64,000 nucleotides of DNA from a bacterium (GCA_029210545.1 JARGFV010000001.1:3500-67499); one strand, 5' to 3'. Numbered from the stretch's first letter, positions 49,504 through 59,562 are shown. Made by a program: numbers and translations. The notes: generated from the letters alone by a model not told the origin.

Positions 49504-50055
49504 TTAATGAAAAACGGGAGGCGACACAACCCAGAGGATGGTCGCCGTCCTTTTACCCAGGTTCTCGATCGTATGCGGCCTGTCAGACTTGAAATAGAAA
49601 CTTTCTCCCTTGCGCACCCGATGGACGGTTTTGCTTCCTTCCATCCTGAGCTGGACCGTTCCGGAAAGGAGCATGCCGAACTCTTCCCCCTCGTGCCCGC
49701 TGTCGATGGAGGCCTTGCCTGGTTCAATGGTCACCAGGACAGGGTCCATCAGGTTCTTCTGGGCTCCGGGGATCAGGAGTTCGATGGTCTCTTCATCGTG
49801 ATCTCCCTCCAGGACGACCCTGTCCTTTTCCCCGAACACGATCTTCTGCTCTCCCAGCTCCATCACCTTGAAAAACTCCGACAACGGTATCCCGAGAACT
49901 TCAAGGATCTGGCTGAGGGCCTCGATGGAGATCGATGTGAGATCCCTTTCGAGCTGGGAGATAAAACCTTTCGTCAGGTCGGCCCTCTGGGCAAGTTCGT
50001 CCTGGGTCAGGTCGTTGGCGATGCGAAGCCGCTTGATCCTCTGGCCTATCTTCAA
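49504..50055 (-). CDS. XRE-family HTH plus cupin transcriptional regulator (PuuR-like)
   Basis: HTH_3 motif [24 protein letters not shown]-terminal cupin beta-barrel. Confidence 0.8.
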   Translation of the reverse strand: MKIGQRIKRLRIANDLTQDELAQRADLTKGFISQLERDLTSISIEALSQILEVLGIPLSEFFKVMELGEQKIVFGEKDRVVLEGDHDEETIELLIPGAQKNLMDPVLVTIEPGKASIDSGHEGEEFGMLLSGTVQLRMEGSKTVHRVRKGESFYFKSDRPHTIENLGKRTATILWVVSPPVFH

Positions 50056-50287
50056 GGCCTCTCCTTCCGGTGTTTAATATACTGTGCTAAAAAGTTTAAT
50101 AAAGTGTGTTTATAAGAAGATATATCGAGGAAGTCAAGCCACAAAATAATGCCCCGGGAGGGGCATTATTTTGTGGCTGGAAGCCGGTAGCTGCGGCACA
50201 TGAAAAGCAGGCAGAACCGACAACAAAGAGCTAAGAAAACAATCAAAAAGAAAAGACTCCCCGTAAGACGGAGCAGCTGTTAGCTTC

Positions 50288-52390
50288 CTATGGCGGAGTC
50301 TCCACAATCCACTTCCCGTCGGAATAGCGTGTCACTCCCGTCCTCGTAGCGATCCAGACCTCACCATCCGGATCGGGGGCGATGAGAACGATCCCGGTCC
50401 CTGGAATGCCATCCTCTTTCGTATACGTTTTCCACTTTTCCCGGTCGTAGACGGAAACACCTTTGGGAGTGCCCACCCAGGTGTTCCAGTCTGAATCCAC
50501 GGCAACCGTCCTGATCTCGTCGTCGACCATACCGCTTTCCTTTGTAAAGATATGCCACTCCCTCGCGGGAGTATATTTGGCAAGCCCTTTCCGGGTCCCG
50601 AACCACCGGTTCCCGGCGTAATCCACAGCGATGCACAAGACCGTATCGCCGGGCAGACCATCCTTTGCCGTCAGCTTTTCCCTAACGGCTCCGTCCTTGA
50701 TGCGGACGACCCCCTTTTCCGTGCCCGCCCAGATAGAACCGTCCCGGTCAACACCCAGGCCGAGCACTTCCCTGGCCGGCAACCCCTCGTCCCTCGTGAA
50801 AGTGACGAACCCTTCCCCTTCCCTGAAGCGGTTAAGCCCCTCGTCGGTGGCGGCCCACAGGTCACCGGCCTCATCGATGACCATATCGTTGACAACGGTC
50901 CCCAGAAGTCCCTCCGTATCACCCACGAAGCTCCTGTCCCCCGACCCGACCCGATACAGGGCCAGACCGGACTCTGTCCCCATCCAGAACGTCTTGCCGT
51001 CGGTCACGCTCGGGAGGAGGAAGACACCCCTGGCGTACTTGCGCCAGACTCCGTTGACCAGGGTATACCTGTGGGTCTGTATCCTCTCCATGTTTCCTGT
51101 ACGATCAATGGAAAAGAACTTGAGGGTAGTGGGCCTGATGAATGTAAAACCGGAAAAGTAGGTGGGGCTTTCGGTATCCGGGTCGTAGCCGTCGAGGGTA
51201 TAATGGATCCGGGCGCCTTCCTCGGTCCTCAGGGTCACCCTGATGGGCGGGGGGTACTCACCACCCAACGGATCGGCTACAGTCACCGGCGCTTCATCAT
51301 CGAAAAGGTAGGTCTCCTCGTGGACATCTTCACTGTTACCGGACTGGTCGGAGGAAAAGAACTTCAGGACCGTATCGTTCCTCAGGACGAGAGGGTCCTT
51401 GTAGACGGGAGACTGCTCGCCAGGCTCGGTACCGTTGAGGGTGTAGAAGACGATGGCCTCCTCGTCGGAAACCGTTATCCTGACCGTCAGGGGAGGCGTG
51501 TAAAAGCCTGTGCCCGGATAAGCTTCTGAAAGGGGCGGTTCCTGATCCAGCCTGTAGAACTCATCGTAAACCCTGCTCCGGTTTCCCCCACGGTCTATCG
51601 CCAGGAATTTGAGCCGTGTGCTTTCGGTAAGCCAGAACGGCCCCTCGTAAAGCTGCGACATCTCTGTAGGATCCGACCCGTCAAGCGAGTAATAGATATC
51701 GGCTTCCTCGTCTGCGAAAAGCCTGAGGAGGTCGCCCGACCTGTAATTGGCGGGCAACGGGCTGACGCTGGCTTTGGGGGGAGTCGTATCCACGAGCCGG
51801 TCCGCGAGCCTGAACATGTACGACTCTTCCCGGATCGGCTCGCGGGAACCGTCCCTGTCAACGGCAAAGAACTTCAGCCTGGTGTCCACGGCAATGCTCA
51901 GGGATGTACGGTAGATATCGCTGTCGGTGGAAGGGTCTGAACCGTCCATGGTGAAGTAAATGGTGGCATCCTTCCGGGTAGAAAGAGACACCCTGACCTT
52001 CTGGTTATAGATCCCTCCCGGTGGGTGCGCTACGGTTCGCAACGCATCGGCGGACGGAGATTTCATCCGGATCCTGTAGAACGCCTCCTGGACGCTGCCC
52101 CGGCTCCCGTCCCTGTACACCACGAAGTAACGGATAACGGTATTGTCTGCGACCCTGATGGGATCTTTGAATACGGGAGAGCCCATGCTGGGTTCCGAAC
52201 CATCGAGGGTAAAGTAAACCTGGCGGGAAGGGTCGGTCTCGAAACGGACCTCGATGGAATCAGGATATTCACCGGGGGCCGGCGTCAGGGGGACCTCCTG
52301 GGCCACCGCCGGGAGAGGCGCCAGCCAGAGAAATACCGCTGCAGCCACAACGGTGGTTATCTGCAAAACGGTTCGTTTTGAAAGGTTCAA
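50288..52390 (-). CDS. Secreted CHB_HEX_C-repeat plus beta-propeller protein, paralog of 40318..43107
   Basis: Same module architecture as the 929-aa protein. Putative TTG start at 52390 after GGGAGG; the ORF is open to 52465. Confidence 0.6.
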   Translation of the reverse strand: MNLSKRTVLQITTVVAAAVFLWLAPLPAVAQEVPLTPAPGEYPDSIEVRFETDPSRQVYFTLDGSEPSMGSPVFKDPIRVADNTVIRYFVVYRDGSRGSVQEAFYRIRMKSPSADALRTVAHPPGGIYNQKVRVSLSTRKDATIYFTMDGSDPSTDSDIYRTSLSIAVDTRLKFFAVDRDGSREPIREESYMFRLADRLVDTTPPKASVSPLPANYRSGDLLRLFADEEADIYYSLDGSDPTEMSQLYEGPFWLTESTRLKFLAIDRGGNRSRVYDEFYRLDQEPPLSEAYPGTGFYTPPLTVRITVSDEEAIVFYTLNGTEPGEQSPVYKDPLVLRNDTVLKFFSSDQSGNSEDVHEETYLFDDEAPVTVADPLGGEYPPPIRVTLRTEEGARIHYTLDGYDPDTESPTYFSGFTFIRPTTLKFFSIDRTGNMERIQTHRYTLVNGVWRKYARGVFLLPSVTDGKTFWMGTESGLALYRVGSGDRSFVGDTEGLLGTVVNDMVIDEAGDLWAATDEGLNRFREGEGFVTFTRDEGLPAREVLGLGVDRDGSIWAGTEKGVVRIKDGAVREKLTAKDGLPGDTVLCIAVDYAGNRWFGTRKGLAKYTPAREWHIFTKESGMVDDEIRTVAVDSDWNTWVGTPKGVSVYDREKWKTYTKEDGIPGTGIVLIAPDPDGEVWIATRTGVTRYSDGKWIVETPP

Positions 52391-52609
52391 ACGGGCCTCC
52401 CGGGGCGAAAAATTGATGGTCCAGATGAGGTCGACGTTGCGCCATATTAGGGAATCCACCGGCAAATGGCAACGGGAACCCGAAACCAGGGCCTGGTTTC
52501 GGGTATGACTCCTCCGGAGAAAAACCGTAATGCGAGGTTATCCTGTAAATAGCTCTGCGATTCGACACTTAAACCGCCGAATCGCAGAGAACCTGCTATA
52601 ATCTTTGCC

Positions 52610-53725
52610 ATGACAAGCCAGACCACGAAAGCTCTCGCCTATTTCCCGGCGGAAGGGGCTGTCCGCATCATCGATGTGCCGGTGCCTTCCCTGGAAGCGG
52701 ATGAAGTCCTGGTGAGGATCACCCGGACCGCTTTTTTCCGGAGAGATCGTCTGCTCCTCGAGAGCAGGGATGCCGTGCTCCCGGATGGCGATAAATTCAT
52801 TATCCCCGGTCACATCGCTTCAGGAAGGGTGGTTGAGATCGGCTCCCTGGTCCGTGAACTTGAGCCGGGAGATCTCGTAGTCCCCACCATCCGGCGGGAC
52901 TGTGACAGGTGTATCGACGCCAGGAGCGACCTGTGCCCGCACCCTGAACGGTACAGCGACTCGGGTCTCAAGGGAGCACACGGGTTTGCCCGGGAGCTTC
53001 TGGTGGTCAAGAGCCGATACCTGGTCAAGATCCCGGAATACCTGGAGGATCTTGCCCTTCTCCTCACCCCCTTGAGCATAGCGGAAAAGGCTCATCACGA
53101 GGCGGTCCAGGTGAACCGACGGTACAACTTTTACTGCTACCACGAGTTAGAGGGCACCGCTCCCAGGGCCCTTGTCACCGGCATGGGGCCAGTGGGGATC
53201 ATGGCCGCATTTCTTTTGTCCCTTTACAATTACCGGTTGACCTTTTTCTGCAGAAGGGAATCGGATGATCTGCGGTCGAAAATATTCGACCCCCTCGAAC
53301 TCGAATACATCAACACCTGCCGCGTTCCTATCGAACGACTGGAAAAGGCAGGCTACACCTTCGGGCAGATCTTCGAGACCACGGGCGACCCGGCCTACAT
53401 TGTCCGGGTGATGCCGTTCATGGCCCCCAACGCCGTCATGGTCCTCATGGGCACCCCCGAAAAACTTTCCCGGGAAAACCTCCTCGAAATGGAAGCGAGC
53501 TACCTGTTTTCCCGGATGGTCATGGGCAACCAGATCATGGTCGGCAGCATCAAGGCCGGCCGGGACGCCTTCGACTCGGCGGTGAAACATCTCATGGAGC
53601 TTGCCGACCTGCACCACGACTCCCTGGCCGCCCTCATGACCCATTCCATCCCCCTGGAAGAGTACCGGCAGCTCCTGGAACTGACCTCGAGGGAGGCCAT
53701 CCTTCCGGTTTTGGAGCTGACTTAA
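52610..53725 (+). CDS. Medium-chain dehydrogenase/reductase family oxidoreductase (glucose/threonine dehydrogenase-like)
   Basis: GroES-like N-terminal domain with a structural Cys cluster CDRCIDARSDLC, followed by a Rossmann domain. TATAAT lies 9 nt upstream of the ATG. Confidence 0.5.
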   Translation: MTSQTTKALAYFPAEGAVRIIDVPVPSLEADEVLVRITRTAFFRRDRLLLESRDAVLPDGDKFIIPGHIASGRVVEIGSLVRELEPGDLVVPTIRRDCDRCIDARSDLCPHPERYSDSGLKGAHGFARELLVVKSRYLVKIPEYLEDLALLLTPLSIAEKAHHEAVQVNRRYNFYCYHELEGTAPRALVTGMGPVGIMAAFLLSLYNYRLTFFCRRESDDLRSKIFDPLELEYINTCRVPIERLEKAGYTFGQIFETTGDPAYIVRVMPFMAPNAVMVLMGTPEKLSRENLLEMEASYLFSRMVMGNQIMVGSIKAGRDAFDSAVKHLMELADLHHDSLAALMTHSIPLEEYRQLLELTSREAILPVLELT

Positions 53726-53772
53726 AACCTCTCCTCAAAAAACGGAGCGGTTTTAAGTAAAATTCCAAATTT

Positions 53773-53932
53773 GATAGGGTCGCGAAAAGTCCAATCCGGG
53801 ACTTTTCGCTCCACGGAAAGGGGAAAGCGTGGTTTTCCCTTTCCTTATAAATCAATGACTTACAGTGTGAGTCATTGATTTGGGCGCCCCGCGCGGGGCG
53901 CGTTGATGGACTTTTTGCGAGTCCATCAAATT
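53773..53932 (+). repeat. Family-1 MITE-like element, copy D
   Basis: GATAGGGTCGCGAAAAGTCC ... GGACTTTTTGCGAGTCCATCAAA. All five hairpins present. Confidence 0.75.
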
Positions 53933-54591
53933 TCGGTTCATCACAATAATGCGTACCTGTGTGTTGTCACTCCAGGACTCTTAAAGGCGATCACCACGGA
54001 GCACACAAAGAAAGCCTGAACCTGGGGGAAGACTCAGGCGCGCACCGCAAAACCCCTGAACCCTGGCGCGAAGCGCCCTTCGATCACGCCGTTGGCGTGA
54101 TAAAGCCGGGCGGAGCGGCCTTTAGCTGACCGCGCTCCCCAGAATCTCGATTGAATTGATTTTCGAGATTCTGGGGATAAAAAAACCCCATTGGCGTGGT
54201 AAGTTACGTTTCAAGCTTGAAACGACCCATGACACAATGACAGCCCATGCCGGTCTGGCCCGGGCGAGTTCGCGGAAGGGAGCAGGCTTCCCTTTCTGGT
54301 GGACCGTCACCTGCCGTTGCCCGGCAGCGGGGCCGGTTATCGTCCGTCGGAGTTCGTGATGCCATACCCGAAATTCGCCGAAAGCGCCCTTTCGGTCGGG
54401 GCTGGACGGTCAACGAGTGACGTAGGGCGGCAAGTTCAACAGCAACACGGCTCCATGCAAAAAATAGCCCCCTCAATGCCCCGACCGGAGGCCAGCCAAA
54501 ACCAATCGCGGATTTCGGGTGGTTAGTTGGCTTTTTCCTGCAATAGCGTTAATAACTGTTTTTTAGCTGTTAGCTGCCTGTTGGAGATCCA

Positions 54592-55830
54592 TTGAATCCG
54601 GAAGAGCCCATCCATAAAAAACCGGGCACCAGCAAGGCTGCCTTAGCCACTACTCTGGCTACAGGAGCGGTCGCCGTGGCTGTGGCGGGAGCCATGGTCA
54701 TGGGTATTTTGGAGCGGCTCACACCTACACCACCGGTTCAGGTGGAGGTGCTCCGGTCAGCCCTTCCCGACGGGGCGCGTTTTCAGGACCGGTCCGATCC
54801 CCTGCCCCACTTTCCAGGTATCGATGGAAATGGGGAGAAAATCGGTGCGGTCATCCTCACCGATGAGCTGGCCCCCTCCGTACAGGGTTATCTCGGCCAG
54901 GTGGGAACCGCCGTGGGCCTCACCCCGGACGGACGGATCGCCGCCGTTCGGCCTTTCCGCCACAAGGAGACCCCATACTACATGGAGATGGTGATAACCT
55001 CGGGTCTCCTGGATGAGATTGCCGGGATCGACATGGCAAAACCGTTCCCCGACCTAGACGCCGTGTCGGGAGCCACGATAACTTCCCGTGCCCTCATCGA
55101 GGATGTCAGGCTCTCCGCCGCCAGGGCCGCACAGGCTCTCTACTCCATCCAGGTCCCCGAACCGGAGGCAAGACAGCGTGGACCGGTACCGTTCTGGAAA
55201 GAGAGTCTCCTCGCAGTGACCCTGCTCCTCTCTTTCACAGCCGGCTTTTTGGGAAACGGGTGGTTCAAAAGATACGGGATGGGGCTGCTCACCCTGGCTG
55301 TAGTGGGCCTGATCCTCAACACACCCCTCACCCTGTCGGCTATTTCGCGCATCCTGCAGACGAACCTGCCCGGTACCGGCAACTGGGCCTTGCTGCTCCT
55401 TGTCCTCTACATCCTCATCTCGTCACCTTTTCAGGGAAGGGCCTACTGCCGCCACGTCTGTCCCTTCGGGACGCTCCAGGTGCTGCTCCATCGCCTTTCA
55501 CCCATGCAGGTCAGGGTGCCTTCCGGTGTCAACGTCTGGCTGCCGGCTATTAAACGGGCCTTTGCCGCCCTGCTGATCTGTATCGGTATCTGGGGCGGGA
55601 TGGGAGGGTTTACGGAAATCGAGCCCTTTTTCAGCCTTTTTTCCTTCAACCTGACACCCCTCCTGTGGATGATGGTGATATTCGTACTTGCGGTTTCGAT
55701 TTTCTGGAGACGGTTCTGGTGCAACACCCTGTGTCCGACGGGCACCCTGCTGGCCCTTTATTGCAGGGCCACCCGGCACGGGAAGGGGAAAAGGGATGAA
55801 ACGATCCAGGAGTCTGCTGAAGAGATATAA
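54592..55830 (+). CDS. FMN-binding domain fused to a membrane polyferredoxin (NosR/NapH-like)
   Basis: FMN_bind motif DAVSGATITSRA. Two ferredoxin-type Cys clusters, CRHVCPFG and CNTLCPTG, sit within TM segments. Putative TTG start after GGAG. Confidence 0.6.
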   Translation: MNPEEPIHKKPGTSKAALATTLATGAVAVAVAGAMVMGILERLTPTPPVQVEVLRSALPDGARFQDRSDPLPHFPGIDGNGEKIGAVILTDELAPSVQGYLGQVGTAVGLTPDGRIAAVRPFRHKETPYYMEMVITSGLLDEIAGIDMAKPFPDLDAVSGATITSRALIEDVRLSAARAAQALYSIQVPEPEARQRGPVPFWKESLLAVTLLLSFTAGFLGNGWFKRYGMGLLTLAVVGLILNTPLTLSAISRILQTNLPGTGNWALLLLVLYILISSPFQGRAYCRHVCPFGTLQVLLHRLSPMQVRVPSGVNVWLPAIKRAFAALLICIGIWGGMGGFTEIEPFFSLFSFNLTPLLWMMVIFVLAVSIFWRRFWCNTLCPTGTLLALYCRATRHGKGKRDETIQESAEEI

Positions 55831-55938
55831 TAGATTCTTGAATATCGTTTGTCGGAAAACCATGAACGACTGGACTCACGCCAGCATAATTTTAAATGAG
55901 TTTCAAATTGTAATAAAAAAACTCGAGAGAAACTTAAG

Positions 55939-56229
55939 ATGAAAAAACGCATTTCCCGACAAATTTTCAAGCAGCGTGCCGAGGTTTCCAGGCACGCTGC
56001 TCGGGAACTGTCCGGAGGGTGGGCGGTGTTACTGCTGATCATCACAGTACTCATGGCCCTGGCCGTCGGCTGGCACCGCGAGATCGCCTCCAGATACCCG
56101 ATATCGGACCTGCCCTTCGTGGATCTTCAGCGTCTTTCAAATCAGATCGAATCGGGCAACGTCGGTAAAACAGGAGCGCTGTATTACAGGAAAAGTGATG
56201 CTGGGGCTGATACCACCGAGATCCGTTGA
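55939..56229 (+). CDS. Small hypothetical single-TM protein (doubtful)
   Basis: ORF with one hydrophobic helix. A MITE-type hairpin lies at its 5' end and the 3' end overlaps the radical SAM gene. Confidence 0.2.
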   Translation: MKKRISRQIFKQRAEVSRHAARELSGGWAVLLLIITVLMALAVGWHREIASRYPISDLPFVDLQRLSNQIESGNVGKTGALYYRKSDAGADTTEIR

Positions 56230-57187
56230 GTGCACCTTGTGCCCGAAATTGTGCCGCCTGGCCGAGGGCCAGCGCGGGGATTGCCGGGTACGGTACAACG
56301 ACGGGGGGAACCTTTACTCCCTTGTCTACGGGAAAGTGTGCTCGGTCCATGTCGATCCTGTGGAAAAGAAACCGATGTACCATTTCCTCCCGGGCTCCGG
56401 GGCCTTTTCCGTTGCCACCGCCGGATGCAACCTCCACTGCCTGTTCTGCCAGAATTGGGAGATATCCCAGGCCGATCCGGAGGATCTCAACAATTCCGAT
56501 CTGCCTCCGGAAAAAGCCGTAACCCTGGCTGCCAAAGCCGGTTGCGCTTCCATCGCCTATACCTATTCGGAACCTGTGATCTTTTACGAATATCTGGAGG
56601 ATACCGCCGCCCTGGCCCGGGAAAGGGGCATCCGCAACATCATGGTCACCGCGGGGTTCATCAACCGGGACCCCCTCCGCCGCCTCTGCAAGATCGTGGA
56701 CGGCGCCAACGTGGACCTGAAGGGGTTCACGGAAAAATATTACAGGGAAGTCTGTTTCGGGAACCTGCGCACCGTCCTGGACACCCTGGTCACCATGCGG
56801 AAAGAGGGTGTCGTCCTTGAAGTGACCAACCTCATCGTTCCCACCCTCAACGACGGGATGAACACCATCAGCCAGATGTGCCGGTGGATTGTGTCCGAAC
56901 TGGGAGACGAGGTGCCCCTTCATTTTTCCCGCTTCTCACCCATGTACCGGCTCAAGGACCTTCCGCCCACCCCCGTCCAGACCCTGAGAAGGGCACGGGA
57001 GACCGCCCTGGAGGCGGGGCTGAAGTACGTGTACACGGGCAACGTGCCCGGGGACCCCGGGGAGGACACCTTCTGTCCCTCCTGCGGGAAGATGGTCATC
57101 GACCGCCACGGGTACCGCATCCTGAAGTACGACGTGGTGGACGGGAAGTGTAAATATTGCGGCCAAAAAATCTACGGATTATTTTAG
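56195..57187 (+). CDS. amrS: AmmeMemoRadiSam system radical SAM enzyme
   Basis: Radical SAM Cx3Cx2C CNLHCLFCQNWEIS. N-terminal CTLCPKLC cluster. C-terminal CPSCG...CKYCG zinc ribbon. PFL-activase-like length. Confidence 0.8.
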   Translation: MMLGLIPPRSVECTLCPKLCRLAEGQRGDCRVRYNDGGNLYSLVYGKVCSVHVDPVEKKPMYHFLPGSGAFSVATAGCNLHCLFCQNWEISQADPEDLNNSDLPPEKAVTLAAKAGCASIAYTYSEPVIFYEYLEDTAALARERGIRNIMVTAGFINRDPLRRLCKIVDGANVDLKGFTEKYYREVCFGNLRTVLDTLVTMRKEGVVLEVTNLIVPTLNDGMNTISQMCRWIVSELGDEVPLHFSRFSPMYRLKDLPPTPVQTLRRARETALEAGLKYVYTGNVPGDPGEDTFCPSCGKMVIDRHGYRILKYDVVDGKCKYCGQKIYGLF

Positions 57188-57225
57188 GCCGCAGCACGAA
57201 GCGCAAAGTTCGAAGAACGAAGGAA

Positions 57226-57380
57226 GATGGACTCGCAAAAAGTCCATCAACGCACCCCGCGCGGGGTGCCCAAATCAATGACCTGTACCGTAAGTCATTG
57301 ATTTGTAAGGAAAGGGAAAACGACGCTTTTCCCTTTCCGTTGAGCAAAAAGTCCCGGATCGGACTTTTTGCGACCCTGTC
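57226..57380 (-). repeat. Family-1 MITE-like element, copy E, between amrS and the amrB-amrA fusion
   Basis: Reverse-orientation copy with all modules. Ends GGACTTTTTGCGACCCTGTC. Confidence 0.75.
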
Positions 57381-57454
57381 AAGGAAGAGCTTGCAAAAAA
57401 GTCCTTCCATTGAATCATTCCCTTTGTTCTTAAGTAACATGAGGGCAACCTAAA

Positions 57455-59125
57455 ATGAAACATAACGCGTCAAATCCGGACAAAAAAAGCAAAGGAAATA
57501 GCAGCGACCTCCCTTCGCGCTTCGCTCTTCGCGCTTCGTGCTGTCCTGACTTTACGAAGGGTATACAGATAATATCGAGAAGGGACCTGATTCGTATGTT
57601 CGCAGGTCTTTCAATAATTGCACTCGTCCCATTCCGCTGGTCGGTTCGTAAAGTCAGGACTTCCGTGAGCCGGAAGGAAGCGTCCTTTTACAGGAAGCTG
57701 GTCGTCGCCGGGGTCTGCCTCCTCCCACTGGCCCTCACCCCTTCCATTGCTTCCGCAAAATCAGTGTTTGAGCCCGTTGTCGCTGGCGGGTTCTACCCGG
57801 CCGACGCGGCAAAGCTGCGAGCCCTGGTGCGCTCCTGCATCGACAGCGCCGGCCTGCCGTCGGTCAAGGGGGAGATCCTGGGCCTCGTCGCCCCCCATGC
57901 CGGTTACGTCTATTCCGGGCCGGTGGCCGGGTACGCCTACAGGGAGCTCAAGGGCAGGAAGTACGACATCGTTGTCATCATGGCCCCGTCCCACACCGCC
58001 CCCCTGAACGGGGTGTCCATCCTGGATGTGGACGCCTACCGCACACCGCTGGGGGAGGTTCCTGTCGACAGGAAATCGGTGCGGGCCCTCATCGACCAGA
58101 TCCCATGGATCAGCCACGTCCCGGCCCTTTTCACCCGGGAGCACTCCATGGAGGTCCAGCTGCCGTTCCTCCAGGTGGCCCTCGAGCCGGGCTTTTCCAT
58201 CGTCCCTGCCGTCATGGGAACGGCGGACCCCGACCTTGCCACCGCCTTCGCCACTGTACTGGCCCGCCAGTTCCGGGGCCGGAAAGTCCTTTTCGTGGCC
58301 AGTTCCGACATGTCCCACTATCTGGAGTACGATGCGGCCAAAATCAAAGACACCGGAACCCTGAAGATCATCGGCAACGGGGAGATCGACACATTATATC
58401 GCCGGTGTTCCACCCGGGAATCGGAGCTGTGCGGCCTGGGCCCGGTGCAGACGGTCATGCACCTCGCCGAAAAGATGGGGATCGAGGGGGGGACACTGCT
58501 CAGGTACTCCAACTCCGGTGACACCGCGGGAAACCGGACAAGGGTGGTGGGGTACGGCTCCTTCGCTTTCGTGAACCCGGCAGGGGAGCTGGCCCTGGCC
58601 GACAAGCAGGCCCTTTTGGTCCTGGCCCGGAATACCCTGGAGCAGTACGTGCGGACCGGCAAACGTCCCGACATCGTGCCCGGCTCATCGGCACTAAAGG
58701 AACCAGGGGCTGCTTTTGTCACCCTGAAGCGCCGGGGTGAGCTGCGTGGCTGCATCGGCCAGCTGAGGCCCACCATGCCCCTCTATCAGTCCGTGGTGGA
58801 GATGGCGGTCTCCTCGTGCAGCAGGGACATGCGCTTTACGCCGGTCAAGGCTGAAGAGCTTCCCGATATCCGGGTCGAGGTCTCGGTGATGTCGCCCTTC
58901 ATGAAGGTGGGCGGCGTCGAGGAGGTCGAGGTGGGGCGGGACGGCCTTTACCTGACCTGGCATGGAAGGAGCGGCGTGCTCCTGCCACAGGTCCCGGGAG
59001 AGCAGGGGTGGGACAGGGGGGAGTATCTCAAGGCGATCTGCAGGAAGGCGGGGCTGCCGGATAAGACATGGGAGAAACCTGGCGCAGAGCTTTACAGGTT
59101 TAGCGCCCAGGTGTTCAGTGAGTAA
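57455..59125 (+). CDS. Fused AmmeMemoRadiSam system protein B (Memo-like) and protein A (AMMECR1 domain), with an N-terminal extension of ~105 aa
   Basis: Memo region LVAPHAGYVYSGPVAGYAY ... SSDMSHY. AMMECR1 region GELRGCIGQLRP ... LLPQV. The N-terminal extension contains a hydrophobic, signal-peptide-like segment. True start is uncertain. Confidence 0.75.
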   Translation: MKHNASNPDKKSKGNSSDLPSRFALRASCCPDFTKGIQIISRRDLIRMFAGLSIIALVPFRWSVRKVRTSVSRKEASFYRKLVVAGVCLLPLALTPSIASAKSVFEPVVAGGFYPADAAKLRALVRSCIDSAGLPSVKGEILGLVAPHAGYVYSGPVAGYAYRELKGRKYDIVVIMAPSHTAPLNGVSILDVDAYRTPLGEVPVDRKSVRALIDQIPWISHVPALFTREHSMEVQLPFLQVALEPGFSIVPAVMGTADPDLATAFATVLARQFRGRKVLFVASSDMSHYLEYDAAKIKDTGTLKIIGNGEIDTLYRRCSTRESELCGLGPVQTVMHLAEKMGIEGGTLLRYSNSGDTAGNRTRVVGYGSFAFVNPAGELALADKQALLVLARNTLEQYVRTGKRPDIVPGSSALKEPGAAFVTLKRRGELRGCIGQLRPTMPLYQSVVEMAVSSCSRDMRFTPVKAEELPDIRVEVSVMSPFMKVGGVEEVEVGRDGLYLTWHGRSGVLLPQVPGEQGWDRGEYLKAICRKAGLPDKTWEKPGAELYRFSAQVFSE

Positions 59126-59129
59126 AGCG

Positions 59130-59400
59130 CCCGAGAACCGTTTTATAACGGCCACCAATAGCACATCATCTGTCCCTCGACTTCGCTCGCGGTTCGACAA
59201 AGCTCACCGTCCTGAGTTTATCGAAGGAGGACCCTGAGCCTGTCGAACGGGCTGCGTTCTCACCCCTCGGAAACCCTCGAAGTACCCGGCAACGGACGTC
59301 TTCCGCCTTCGCTAAAGCTACGGCGTGACAAGCCGGTTTCCTCGGGGTTCTGGCCTTGCATCTGACGCACTCTTGGCGGCCTCACTTTAAATGAGGTGCG
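59130..59400 (-). repeat. Family-3 dispersed repeat, copy 2 (inverted relative to copy 1)
   Basis: 59145-59189 matches the reverse complement of 20186-20233 (40 of 45 nt). Downstream blocks cgtcttccg.ctt.gct and ggcgtgaca.g are shared. Confidence 0.55.
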
Positions 59401-59562
59401 TACTTTCTGATATTCGGGAACGGCACTGTACCGGTTTGCCGCTCAGGTTTTTCCGGGATGATCCAAAATCCTGATTTCACCGGAGAGAACGCGAAAGAGG
59501 TCGTACTGTGGTAAGTTAGCCTTTGACCTCCTTTGTAAGCTTTGCCATTCACCTAGGAGTCT

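Noticed and set aside
52580-52609. Leaderless-type promoter (TATAAT 9 nt before the dehydrogenase ATG)
   Set aside because: The -10 hexamer is clear, but no acceptable -35 lies at 16-19 nt spacing. Mentioned only in the gene evidence, not called as a feature.
54360-54420. Possible SRP (4.5S) RNA domain IV-like motif GCGGAAGGGAGCAGGC
   Set aside because: Only a loose resemblance to the conserved GGUCCGGAAGGAAGCAGCC. No convincing flanking helix, and the surrounding context is a 650-bp tract. Not callable without a covariance-model scan.
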